Assembly (NCBI GenBank): GCA_951406725.2
Contig: OX597830.1
Location: 71,424,001 to 71,488,000, forward strand
From: Octopus vulgaris
Taxonomy: Eukaryota
Reading direction: 5' to 3'
DNA: 64,000 bases
The position numbers and the translations under genes are program-made. How positions within the stretch are numbered: the first letter of the stretch is position 1; each line of letters begins with the position of its first letter. The notes beneath the pieces are model-generated. The model ran no database searches and was not told the origin of the DNA. It saw nothing but the letters and a program-made list of their open reading frames with translations. Below, piece after piece: positions 39,885 to 53,162 of this stretch.

Positions 39885-40092
39885 TAGCGGACCGCGTGTG
39901 TACCGTTGGCGATTTTTTTTCTTCCGTCTTCCCTTCTCTGGATCTTTCCTTTTCCTATGTTTCTGACGAAGAGCTCCGCTCGACACGTAAAACCCTCCTT
40001 CTTCCCTTCCTTCCTGAGCGTCCAATAATACTATATTTGTTCCACGTCCTCGCGTTGTTGTGTTTTCTCTTTGTGTTTTCATGTTTGGATTA

Positions 40093-40097
<5 letters not shown>
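39885..40097 (+). mobile_element. Penelope-like/retrozyme-like short element with minimal hammerhead motif (39959-39993)
   Basis: GUUU-CUGACGA-A-GAGC-UCC-GCUC-GACAC-GUA-AAAC (GAAA mutated to GACA); ends in (TA)n; homolog at 44395-44590. Confidence 0.65.
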
Positions 40098-40173
<76 letters not shown>

Positions 40174-40896
40174 TAGAGATAGCATAGCAAGCGGAGCGAG
40201 AGTGACAGCGTGCAGAGAATGTGTAGAGCTAGAGAGAGAGAGGTAGAGAGAGGGAAGGAGAAAGAGCGAGAGCAAGCGAAAGAATAAAAGTCTATCAGTG
40301 TTTTTATCTGTGTAGATCAACAATCGATAAAAAACATCTCTTGCGTAGATGGCTATCACAGTTCGAACGATGAAGTTAATCAAGTTGTTATTTTCCGACA
40401 CTAATTGAAGCTAATTTCCTGCCGATATTTTCAGGAGGAAAAAATGAAAGAAAGAAACCACAGAGGTATAAAAATCGCAAGAAATAGCGAAAAAATGTAA
40501 CTTTTAGAGTGATGTGCATGAGAAAACGCAGAGGTTTTTAAACCTGGGGGCCTTGTTTCGATTTCATTCTTATTCCTTCATTCTTTTCTGGTGTGTTTCC
40601 CGCTATCTTTTCCTATAATCTTTATCTTGTCTCTTTCACTTGCTTTAGGCTGTGGCCATGCCGAACTACTGCCTTGAACGGTATGTTTAAGTCCGGCACT
40701 TATCCCATCGATATATTTTGCCGCGTTGCTACGTTACGGGGAAGCAAACCAACACCGGCTGTCAAGTGACGGTTAGGGGACCCCACCACCATACACACAC
40801 ACACACACACATACATATATATATCATAGCAAGCGGAACGAGAATTATAGCGTCCAAAGAGTGAGAGATAGAGTGAGTGAGAGAGTGAATATCATG

Positions 40897-41128
40897 CAGG
40901 GGTGTCTGTGTGGTAAGAAGCTTGCTTCCCAACCACATGGTTCCGGGTTCAGTCCCACTGCGTGGCACTTTCAGCAAGTGTCTTCCACTATAGCCTCGGG
41001 CCGACCAAAGCCTTGTGAGTGGATTTATTAGATGGAAACTGAAAGAAACCCGTCGTATATATATATATGTATATATATATGTGTGTGTGTGTAGATATAT
41101 ATTTGTATATATATTGTATATATATATC

Positions 41129-41185
<57 letters not shown>

Positions 41186-41390
41186 TGTGTGTCTGTGTTT
41201 GTCCCACCACTATCGCTTGACAACCGATGCTGGTGGGTTTACGTCCCCGTAACATAGCGGTTCTGCAAAAGAGACCGATAGGATAAGTACTAGGCATACA
41301 AAGAATAAGTCATGGGGTCGATTTGTTCGACTAAAGGCGATGCTCCAGTATGGCTGCAGTCAAATGACTGAAACAAGTAAAAGAATAAAT
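40897..41390 (+). mobile_element. SINE family B with long internal (TA)n
   Basis: Matches the family B head and tail. Confidence 0.88.
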
Positions 41391-41789
41391 GTATATATAT
41401 ATATATATATATATACACGCTCATAAGGCATTTATTAGTCCGGTACTATGCCAGAAAGCACCTGCCAAAGGTAGCACGTGGTGGGACTGAAACCAAAACC
41501 ACGTGATTAGGGAGCAATGTTCTTCCCACACAACCATGCCTTACACCTTTAATCTCATATTGTTCCCAGTCCCTTTGCTTCTCTTTTGTTAATTTTTCGT
41601 TTCATTCATTACTTTTGCTTTCTATAATTGTCTTCTTTCATTCCTTCTCTGTCTTTCTCTCACTCTTTCTTTGATCTTTCTTTCGATTTTTCTTTCCTTT
41701 TGTTTTTCGTCATTTTTCGTCATTATCTTGGCAATCTTTCGTTCATTCAACTTTTCTTACCGACGATTTCACACTTCAGTATATATTCG

Positions 41790-41790
41790 T

Positions 41791-41858
<68 letters not shown>

Positions 41859-41988
41859 TCCTTCCTTCCTTCCTTCCTTCCTTCCTTCCTTCCTTCCTTC
41901 CTTCCTCCCTCCCTCCCGTCCTTCCTTCCTTCCTTCCTCCCTCCCTCCCTCCCTCCCTCCCTCCCTCCCTCCCTTCCTTCCCCCTTCC
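41790..41988. repeat. Polypyrimidine (TTTC)n-(TTCC)n-(TCCC)n tract
   Basis: Direct reading. Confidence 0.95.
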
Positions 41989-42319
41989 TGGCACACCTTC
42001 TTAATTTTCTTCTCTTCACTTTTTCTTTATATCAGATATAAAACTGTATTCCACCGATTATCTTTTCTTGGTTCCTCTCTGATACATTTCATATCTTCTT
42101 TCTTTTATTTCTTCATCCATTTGAATTTAGTTTTACTATTCCACGTGCCTAATCCTCTCTCTCTCTCTCCTTCTTCCTCTTTCTCTTTCTTCCTCTCCCT
42201 CTCATTCCCTTCATTCATTCATTTTCTTTACTTTTAATCACCCTTTCTTTTCTATTTCTCCATTCTCTTTTACTTTTTTCAGTCATTTTACTATTTAAAT
42301 TTAAATATCTCATCAATAT

Positions 42320-43412
42320 AAGATTTGACTGTTTTTGAAGAAAAAAGTTATCTAGATGCATTTTGACTTTATCTAAATCGATGTTTTTCCTTGCTATGAG
42401 CACTGTAGCGACAAAAACAAGTGGTAGACGGATAGTGTAATATCAGGAGAATATAGTGGATGGGGTAAGAGATTCCAGCCAAGTTCATGTAACTTTGTTC
42501 AAGTAGCCAAAAACGCATGTGGTCGGGCATTGTCATGTTGGAACACTACCCCATTCCTGTTGGCAATTTCCAGCTTCAATTCTTTGATTTTTTTGGTTCA
42601 AATTAGCCAGCTGACAACAGTACACATCAGAATTAAGGGTCTGGTTTTGCAAGGAAGCTCATAATAAATAATGCCTGATTCCACCAAACACGAAGTATAG
42701 CTTTTTGGCATGGGTATTCGTCTTTGGTTGCTGTTTTGGGGGATCATTACGCAAATTCCAAGATCTTTTTCGCACTACATTTTCATACAGAATCCATATT
42801 TCATCTCCAGTCACAAATTGTTTCGAAAAAGACATACTTTTATTCCGTTTCAAAAGCATATCACAAACGGAATACTGTCCAGGCAATTTTTTTTCTGAGA
42901 GTTTGTGAGGGACTCGTACATTAATAGCAAGAAGTGTATCCTAGGTTCACCAAGTGTTCACGAGCCGTACTTTTAGAAACTCCCAATTCCTCTGCAACTT
43001 CTCTAATCGTGATACTTGAGTTTTCTTCGTTTTTTGCCTTCAAAACCTCTTCATCCAATTCTGAATGTCTTCGACTGCGACTGTCATCTTCCAAGCTAAA
43101 CTCTCTACCTTTAAATTTTGAAAACCACTTTCTAACAGTTGATTTACCTATAACATCATCACCATAAAATGGCAAATGTTTTTAAAAGACTTTGCAGCAT
43201 TTTCTACTTTTTCAAAAAGGAAAAGCATTACAACACGAACACAGAATTTTTGGTTATTCATTTCGAATGTCAATAAAGTGTAACCGGAATGAAAGATAAA
43301 TTTATTTTTAGTCAGGAATGCCAAAGTTTTAACTGTGTTACGTTTCAGGTGGGTTCAATGAAGCGTTAAAAGATTTAGCTTAAAAACTCTCAGAACATTC
43401 CGGACAACCTAA
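42320..43412 (-). mobile_element. Decayed mariner transposon, 3'-truncated, transposase pseudogene
   Basis: 5' TIR TTAGGTTGTCCGGAATGTTC next to TA; fragments YGDDVIGKSTVRKWFSKFK, TIREVAEELGVSKST (HTH), VPHKLSE, VTGDEIWILYEN, FQHDNARPH and LPHPLYSPD; multiple frameshifts and stops. Confidence 0.93.
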
Positions 43413-43564
43413 TAATAATAATAATAATAATTTTTTAAATACATATTTTATCTGTGAATTTGCGTGTGTAATCTGGGAATGCATACAATGAGCTTCTCCG
43501 CCCTAGGTGTATAGAAAACATTCGGCGAGAAACGGAAGACAATTTGAAGAAAGAAGGAAAAAAC

Positions 43565-43855
43565 ATAATAATGATAATAATAATAATAATAATAATAATA
43601 GTAATCATAATAATAATAATAATAATAGTAATCATAATAATAATAATAATAATAGTAATCATAATAATAATAATAATAATAGTAATCATAATAATAATAA
43701 TAATAATAGTAATCATAATAATAATAATAATAGTAATAATAATAATAATAATAGTAATCATAATAATAATAATAATAGTAATCATAATAATAATAGTAAT
43801 CATAAAATAATAATAATAATAATAATCATAATAATAATAATAATAAAATAATGAT
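43565..43855. repeat. (AAT)n array punctuated by AGTAATCAT (~27-bp period)
   Basis: Direct reading. Confidence 0.93.
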
Positions 43856-44394
43856 AAGAATAAAGGAAGAAAGAAAGAAATATGCGGATATTTGCTTTAC
43901 GGCAATATTCCAAGATAAGAAGTTTTTGCGAGTGTCCGCTTCTTCAGCCAGCGTGGTAAGTGACGAATACTTCTATAGCCTTAAAATTAATACTATATGC
44001 TCTCGAAGTAGTTAACGTTGTTAATTATAGCGTGTAAATATTGATTTAAATACCCCCTTTGGAGAGAAAAGTCGATAGCTGCCGTTGGTACACGATCCCA
44101 CATCTCTAAATATAACGAGCGTTGTATCATTGGAGTAAAGCAATCTTTCGAATTTCTCTATGTATCTTGTTTAATTATAATTTTATCTCCTTCGAAATCC
44201 AGCGCCTTACAGAAGAATTAAACTTTTTATGACGTCAGCAAAATAGTTTTCAGCTTCTGAGCTTCAATATAAATCGACGGAAACGGGCAGTTAGAGTTCA
44301 GTTAGATGCAATCCTTCCTTACCTACATGGAGGAACAAAATTACTCTCGTACGAACAATACTAAAACAGTTTTTAATACATATATATATATATG

Positions 44395-44590
44395 TTTACC
44401 ACGTGAAAACCAGTCGCGTTTTTTTCCTCTCCGTCCGCCCGCCTCGGGATCTTTCTTTCTCTTATGTTTCCGACGAAGAGCTCCGCTCGAAACGTCATAC
44501 AATTTTCCTGAGCGCCTAATAATAATACTTTAATTGTTCCACCTCCTTGTGTTGTTGTTTTTTCTGTTTTCTCGTTTGGATTAACCTTAT
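44395..44590 (+). mobile_element. Penelope-like short element with minimal hammerhead motif (44466-44500)
   Basis: GUUU-CCGACGA-A-GAGC-UCC-GCUC-GAAAC-GUC-AUAC; shares TTCCTGAGCG..AATAATACT..TTTGGATTAAC with 39885-40097. Confidence 0.65.
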
Positions 44591-44647
44591 ATGATTGATT
44601 GATTGATTCTAGTTTCAGCTTATGAGCTGTGGCCATGCTGGGGCACC

Positions 44648-44685
<38 letters not shown>

Positions 44686-44686
<1 letters not shown>

Positions 44687-45094
44687 TCTTTACTTTTTAC
44701 TCTTTTACTTGTTTCAGTCATTTGACTGCGGCCATGCTGGAGCACCGCCTTTAGTCGAGCAAATCGACCCCGGGACTTATTCTTTGTAAGCCCAGTACTT
44801 ATACTATCGGTCTCTTTTGCCGAACCGGTAAGTTACGGGGACGTAAACACACCAGCATCAGTTGTCAAGCAATGCTAGGGGGACAACCACAGACACACAA
44901 ACACACACACATATATATATATACATATATACGACAGGCTTCTTTTCAGTTTCCGTCTACCAAATCCACTCACAAGCCATTGGTCGGCCCGGGGCTATAG
45001 CAGAAGATACTTGCCCAAGATGCCACGCAGTGGGACTGAACCCGGAACCATGTGGTTAGTTAGCAAGCTACTTACCACACAGCCACTCCTGCGC
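44686..45094 (-). mobile_element. SINE family B, full length
   Basis: Near-consensus reverse copy within (TA)n. Confidence 0.92.
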
Positions 45095-45135
<41 letters not shown>

Positions 45136-45579
45136 TATTGTGTGTGCGCGCGCGCGCGTATCAATTTGTTCGTCTGCCGCTACGTTCTGAGTTCAGATTC
45201 CGCCTTGGTTGAGTTTGCCTTTCATCCTCTCGAGGTCGATTAAATAAGTACCAGTTACGCACTGGGGTCAATGTAATCGACTTAGTCCCTTTGTCTGTCC
45301 TTGTTTGTCCCCTCTATGTTTAGCCCCTTGTGGGCAATAAAGAATTAAATATGTACGCATATGTTTGCGTGTGTGTATACTATTAAATATATGGAATACA
45401 ACTATTTGTTGGACTGTCACCATGGACTCGTATTGAGTTTGTTTCTGTGCTACATGATTTTTGATTCGAGAATTCATACACATACGCTAATAGATAGATC
45501 GATAGACAGGCAGATAAGTAGAAAGGTAGATAGATAGCTAGATAGATAGATAGACAGACAGACAGATAGATAGATAGAT

Positions 45580-45935
45580 AACTTTCTTTATTGGCCACAC
45601 AGAGCTGAACACAGAGGGGACAAATACAAATGTAGAGCTCTTCTTTTCGAAGATGGAAAAGGAAACAAATGTAAAATTCCGATCAAAAGGGATCGGAAAA
45701 AAATAGATAGATAGATAGATAGATAAGTTTCTTTATTGGCCACACAGGGCTGCACACAGATGGGACAAGTTACAAGGTAGAGCTTTTCTTTTGGGGGATG
45801 AAAAAAACAAAACAAAAGAAACAAAAAAAAGGGGGTGACGTAGGTTTTCGATCAAGAGGGATCGTAATAGGGAAGAAAAGAACAAAAAATAAATAAAAAT
45901 AAAAATAAATAAAAATAAAAATAAATAAATAGAGT
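45580..45935 (-). mobile_element. Two tandem 3' ends of a non-LTR retroelement (possibly L1/Tx1-like) with (CTAT)n tails
   Basis: TTTCTTTATTGGCCACACAG..CACAGA.GGGACAA.TACAA.GTAGAGCT occurs twice (~45582 and ~45728); reverse complement has AATAAA; flanked by a 28-bp direct repeat. Confidence 0.65.
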
Positions 45936-48900
45936 ATTCATACACATACGCTAATAGATAGATAGATAGATAGGTAAATAGATAGATAGACAGACATATA
46001 GGCAGCTAGATAGATAGATAGATAGATAGATAGGTAAATAGATAGGTAGGTAGGTAGGTAGGTAGATAGATAGGTAGATAGCAAGATAGACAGACAGACA
46101 GATAGATAGACAGAAAGACAGACAGATAGATAGACTTCCTCTCACTTTACCGAACACATTTTGCTAAATTTCTTCTCATTATCCTTAAAACTCTCCCACA
46201 TAACTTTCTCCTTTTTTCCCGCTCTTTCTTTTTCGTCCTCTCTTTCACCATATTTTTTTCTCTCTGTTTCACTCCCAACTCATTCACCCTCTATCGCTGT
46301 GCTCCACGCTTTTTCCTATTTTCGCTTTCTTCCTCCCCTTCCTTTTCGTTTCCGCGATAATTCGGTCAGTTCTGCAAGGAACGAGATAATGCAATATATC
46401 GTACTGTTCATTCCAACGTTGTTTCATTATTATATTGAATCTATTGATCGGAATCAGGGATTTTCCCGTTTCCTGATAAAACAGCAAACTGTGTTATGAG
46501 TACAGCAACTACTACATTACATGTCACTAAACATTTAGGCTAAAATTCTCCATACCAAACCGATACGTAGAATTAACACGGTTCCTCCGAACAGAGATAC
46601 CAAAGTCAGGAATATTTATATAATATGGTTCCCCGAACGACAAACCGTATTATACGAAGATTCCGATATAGGAAAATTAGATATCGTTCCTTGCTTTTGA
46701 TTACCCATTCCAGTCCTGAATGTCCTATGGGATTTGTCTGACATCCCTATTTCTCTATAGTTCTGACTGTCTAGACTCGATTCTGCACCCTCCCATATAA
46801 GTCAGCGGTTATTATGAGGAAGTCTGTTGGATGTCAAAATTCAAGTGAGCATGGCACGGTCATTTCTAACGCTGCTACGAAATATGTGGTTTTTACCATA
46901 ACTACATACGAATTTTAATGTTTGTGTGTGTGTGTGTGTGTCTGTATCTGTGTGTGTGTGTGTGTGTCTGTGTTTTCTACAAGAATTGTGGGTGAGAGTA
47001 ACGCGTGGTTAGATCCTGGGGTATTGACTTCTGAAATCTAGTTTCGATTGGTGATAGAAATAGATTCTATTGAATATGAAATTAACGGTTTCACATTTAA
47101 CGTGATAATACGCATGAAGAAACGTGGAGAGCGAGAGAGAGAGAGTTGTAGAGTGGGAGAAATTTGCTTTGAATGAAGGAAATTAACAACAGGCAGAAGG
47201 AAGACTCTTCACCATTCGTGGTGGGGGCAATTCTTTTAGTATTAAGTTTGAAGTGGGAGTGCACAACAAGCTGTTGGATCACATCTATTAAAAACAAACG
47301 AAAACAAGACTCTTTAATTTACAAGTGCATAGGTAAGCAATTTGTTTCAAATTACTATTTGGTTCTTTTGGCTCAGCCGTTTTTTATGTGAGTTTTTAGA
47401 GACAGTTTCAGCAGAGTGTTTGGAACTTAATTGCATTTATGTGAATTTAACATACACTGGCTGTGAAAAGTCGATCAATTCGCTACAAATATATCCAAAA
47501 TTCTCTCATAAATCTCCCTCAGATCTCACTAAGCGTTTTAAGAATGAAAAGTAGTCTTGTTGTATCAGGATGTCTTCGATAAAAACTTGATCACATTTGA
47601 TAATAAGTCTACTTGAACAAGCTTGGTCTATGACCAAACTTCAAAAACAATATTAACAGCAACTTCGATAAATGTATTTCAGGATTAATAGTATTTATGT
47701 TATTCATTTTTTGATAAATCGTTTTGTGTTGTTGCTCTTTAGATCCTGGTTAACTTTCATTGAGTATACATTTTATTATTGACATTCCAGATGCCTTTTT
47801 GTAAGTCTAAGATTTCATTAATTTTGTCTTTTTGTTTCTGTAGTTTTTGAATCGTCTTTATTGTACTAAATTTTCCAATGTAAATTTTCTAACCTTAGAT
47901 TTGGAGGGTTTAATTAGGGGAAATTAAGTTTGCAATGTCGGGTAGTGACAAAGAAGCACCCTCGTTGGAAATCGTCAGATGGTGGTGTTTATTCAGGAAG
48001 AGTCTTAAAACTAGAATTCAAAGATTCTCATCACGAATTTTCAGAGAACATTTGCTATAGACATTTTTTCCTCTGAAAATACTCGTTACATTGTCAAATA
48101 ATTTTCTACTGAGTGACACAAAATGAATGATTTCTGAAATAAGAGAAGCATCAGGTTAGATAGAAGACAGTACGAAACCGCGGGGGAGGAACGAAGGCAG
48201 TTTAATATTGATCCAGGTTTTTTTTGATATATTGATGTGAAATATACTCCATCATGTATAAACTATGTTTCCTTTCCACACTACTGAAGCGTAAATCTGA
48301 TGTATTTACAATTATTACATTTTCATTATATTTATAAGCATCTAAAACTGTACTGTTTCCCTGCTTATCCGTTATTGTTCCTTTTAAAATATTTTTCATT
48401 TCTCCTTCGCTCCTCAATTCTGTTTGTCTGTCTCTCAGTCCCTTTCTTTCTCCCTCCCTCTCACAGATGTATATGCATAGGATGCATATAAATATGTATA
48501 TATACACACATATATATATATGTATATATACACACATATGTATCTTATAATTATTACGAAATGCTTAGCGTTATTTCGCCCGTTGCTACGTTCAGTGTTC
48601 AAATTGTGCCAAGGTCGACTTTGCCTTTCATCCTATTGGGGGTCAATAAATTAAGTACCAGTGAAACACTTGGGTCGATCTAATCGACTAGTTCCCTCAC
48701 CTCAAATTTCAGACCTTGTGCATTTAGTAGAAAAGATTATAATTATTATCTCTTTATCACATATTTTGTTGGAGCTCCTGGAGTCTTGCATGCGTAGCGG
48801 GGCTTACTAACCTGCAGCCTACGGTACCTACCATGCTATCCGTTCTTTTCAGCTATCTGTACTTTCTTGATTATTCTGACCGTGCCAAGGAGGCAAAACT

Positions 48901-49845
48901 TTTGTAACATTTCTACAGAGCACTTAATTCCAATTTCCTTTATATTCTTCTCGATGCTTTCTGATACTGTTCCCAAGGATCCATCAATAATTACCACTAT
49001 CTTCACCTTCATTTTCCATTATCATTATTATTATTATTATTATTATTAATATTATTATTGTTATTATTATTATTATTATAATTATTATTGTTATTATAAT
49101 TATTATTATTATTATTGTTGTTGTTATAATGCGGCGAGCAGGCAGAATCGTTAGCACGCCGGGCAAAATGCTTAGCAGTATTTCGTCTGCCGCTACGTTC
49201 TGGGTTCAAATTCCTCTGAGGTCGACTTTGCCTTCCATCCTTTCGCGATCGGTAAATTAAGTACCAGTGGAAAACTGAGATCGATAAAATCAATTAGTGG
49301 CCTTCCTCAAAATTCTAGGCCTTGTGCTTTGAGTAGAAACGATTAATACTAGTTGACTCGTGTGTGGAGATTATCGTGTATCGCCACGTATCAAATTGTT
49401 TTGCTATTATTTCCTGTTCATATGACCAAAGGCTCGTGTGTGTGTGTGTATGTGTGTGTGTGCATGGGTGCTTGCATGTGTATGTATCTATTGTAGTTTT
49501 CAAGAAGATTGATAGTGAATTCAAAGCTTCAGTCTCTTAGCCTGTCTATACATACATGCTTATATATTTAGATATTTGTCATGTATAAATGTATGTATAT
49601 ATAGAAATATATATATATACATACACACACATATATGTATGAATATATATATATATATATATATATACATAGATTTGTATTTATGTAATTTAAATGTGTA
49701 TATATATATAGATCAACATACGAATTTGAATTATTGTAGATAAGTTTATATACATGTGCACATATATATATATATATATATATCTATATATATATGTATA
49801 CATATACATACACATAATACATACCTATATATATATATGCGTGTG

Positions 49846-49880
<35 letters not shown>

Positions 49881-49928
49881 TTATATATACATACATGCAT
49901 ATACATATATATATATATGCATACGCAA

Positions 49929-49970
<42 letters not shown>

Positions 49971-49971
49971 C

Positions 49972-50007
<36 letters not shown>

Positions 50008-51002
50008 CACGCATAAATATGCATGCATAACTCATATGCACACACAAACGCACACTTTCTCGGAATAGCGAAAATGATAATTTATCAATTATCATTATAA
50101 ATATAAAAAAATTAATAATAATTAAATATGTGCAATTTAATTACAAATATGAATTATTATTGGCATTAACTTCTTCCACGATTTATGTCCTACAAAACAG
50201 ATATAGCGTACCACATGACTATTAGTTTTTTTTTTTCATTATTTTATATTTTATATTCTTTTTTTTTTTATTACTTTGTTGGTATTATTTGTTTATTATT
50301 TCCTATTCATTTCACCATTTGATTCATTCCCAACGTCGATATATTTGTTTTAACCATTCCGCAGTAAATTTATTAGTTGTATATTATTTATTATAGAGAA
50401 ACGTATGGATTTACATACACATGTTTTAATGCTTTCTTTAATTAAATGTGCATTTGAAAAACGAGCATTTGATTATGTATGAATGTTCACATATGTTTAT
50501 AAGGGTACAGATATGTTTAACTAAACATGCAGGCATATGCAGCTATCAAAATAACTGTGTCAGTGTATTTATCTGTCTCTCCCTGTCTCTAAATGCATAC
50601 ATATGCACACCTACGCACATATGTGTATGTATAGTTATGTGTGTGTATGTATGCATATATGCATATGTATTCATATATACATATATATATAAGCATATAT
50701 AAGTATATGCATATATATATGTATGTATGTAGATATCTATATATATACATATATAAATATATGCATATATATATATGTATGTAGATATCTATATATATAT
50801 ATATGTAATATATTTATATACATATATTTATAATGTGTGTATATATATAAATATGTGTGGGTGCTTCTATATGGACGTGTATCTTTGCATATATTTACAT
50901 GCATTAATTATATATGTGCATGTCTATGCATATATGTTTATAGTTATGCTTAGGTGTGTATGTTTATATATTCATATATATTCATATACATATTCATATA
51001 TA

Positions 51003-51037
<35 letters not shown>

Positions 51038-52192
51038 ATATATATATATGTATATATATATACATATATATAAAATATTTATATATATATATATACACAT
51101 ATATATAGCCATACATATGTTCATACACGTGTGTGTGTGTGTCTTTGTGTGTCTGTATGTGTGAGTGTGCTGTAAATATGCAGATATCCATCTATATAAC
51201 TGCATTCCAGATGCTGTCTGTGCAATATGCTTTAACCTTTTCCATATGCTTCTCACATTGAAGGACTTTACGTATATTTTAAGAACAACATATTGGCTAA
51301 AAATACGTAGTTCTCTCTTGCCTTCTTAATTTCTTTGATTAAAAGTTAAATAGGCATTTTGCCTGGTCTATGCCTTTATCTAACTACCTATTTCTTCGTT
51401 TTCGTTGGTAAAGGTCTATGTACGTATGTATGTATGTACGTATGTATGTATGTACGTATGTATGTATGTATGTATGTATTCTCTTGTATGTTTATATTTA
51501 TATATACTCCTTTTTATGTATATGTATATATATATATATATATATATGCATCTTTGAGTCTATCTCGTTATCTATCTATCTGTCTACCTACCTGTCTGTC
51601 TATCTATCTATCTGTCTATCTATCTATTATATATACACAAGCATAAACACATCTCTGTGTACGCGGCTATATATACTCATACATGCCCAGCTAAATCATA
51701 AACACCAGTAAAATGACAATGTGAGCGATTTACATATCAATATATATGTATCATCTGTTGATAACAATGTTTACGAAAACATATACTTATCAATATTAAT
51801 GTGTCATTCTTTTACAATTTATATTTACAATCAGAATAGATAAAATCTTTTATTTCATTGTCTATTAATTATTGCTGATTTCTGCCTGTTTTAAAAGTAA
51901 TTATGAACTATTTTTACAAATTAATTACATTGCTAAAAATGAAGTGCCATCTTTTAACCTCGCCGCCGACAAAGTAGAATAGAAACAATATTTTTTGAAG
52001 AATTTACGAATATAATTAATTTGTGGCGTGGCAAGTACGATGATCTTAATTAAGAAAGTCTTTGCCAGTAATTATGACGGAAGGGTGGGTATAATCATTG
52101 TTTAAGTTTCCTGAAGAAACAAAAAAAAAATAAGGAGGAAAAATTGATATAAAGAAAATAAAAACGATATTGTTTGAGACTGCGCTTTTCTA

Positions 52193-52344
52193 GTGTGGTT
52201 AGTAGCTTGCATACCAGCCACATGGTTCCAGGTTCAGTCTCACTGCACGGCGCCTGGAGCAAGTGTCTTCCACTATAGCCTCGGGCCGACTAAAGCCTTG
52301 TGAGCGGATTTGGTAGAGGGAAACTGGAAGAAGCCCGTCGTATA

Positions 52345-52381
<37 letters not shown>

Positions 52382-52572
52382 GTCCCTCCAACATCGCTTG
52401 ACAACGGATGCTGGTGTATTTACGTCCCCGTCACTTAGCGGTTCGGTAAAAGAGCTCGATAGAATAAGTACTTGGCTTACAAACAATAAGTCCTGGGGTC
52501 GATATGCTCGACTAAAGGCGGTGCTCCAGTATGGCCACAGTCAAATGACTGAAACAAGTAAGAGAGAAAAAG
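52193..52572 (+). mobile_element. SINE family B
   Basis: Matches family B; internal (TG)n. Confidence 0.88.
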
Positions 52573-52980
52573 ACTAAACTGAAATAAGCTGCGCTTCTCC
52601 AAGAATCATTATTTTTTTTTCATTAAAAGAACGTTGTATTGAATTAAGTATGATATAATGTATATATATATATCTTAAGCAGGGCCATTTTTGCAGCAAT
52701 ATAGTCTCCCGAACAAACCAATGCATTGGGCCCAATGGGTTTCTTTGTTTTGTTTTTAACGGCAAGCCACAGTAAACACTGATCCGGAATTGGGCACATT
52801 ATCGCCCTGGAGGTAATCAACGCATTGGGTACTATAGTATTTATTAATTGATAGTAAACCATATCGGACATAGATCAATATTCGGCCCATAGTCCTAGTG
52901 GTTTCTTCGGGAATCTTCAGCAATGCTTTCACCCACCCCTCCGCCATAAGTGCTGGCAAATACTTCATTAATTAATACCC

Positions 52981-53162
52981 ATTTCTTTACTATCCACAAG
53001 GAGCTAAACACAGAAGGGACAAACAAGGACAGACAAACGGATTAAGTCGATTACATCGACCCCAGTGCGTAACTGGTACTTATTTAATCGAACCCGAAAG
53101 GATGAAAGGCAAAGTCGACCTCGGCGTAATTTGAACTCAGAACGTAGCGGCTCGTGCTCGCC
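52981..53162 (-). mobile_element. SINE family A with deleted head
   Basis: Body and tail are consensus-like; flanked by TACCCATT repeats. Confidence 0.85.

Noticed and set aside
43565-43855. Regularly spaced repeat superficially like a CRISPR array
   Set aside because: No unique spacers and no cas genes; it is a eukaryotic trinucleotide-derived minisatellite.
52885-52930. Minus-strand CUGAAGA-UUCCCGAA-GAAAC motif
   Set aside because: No NUH triplet (GAC) and poor stems; at best a dead relic.
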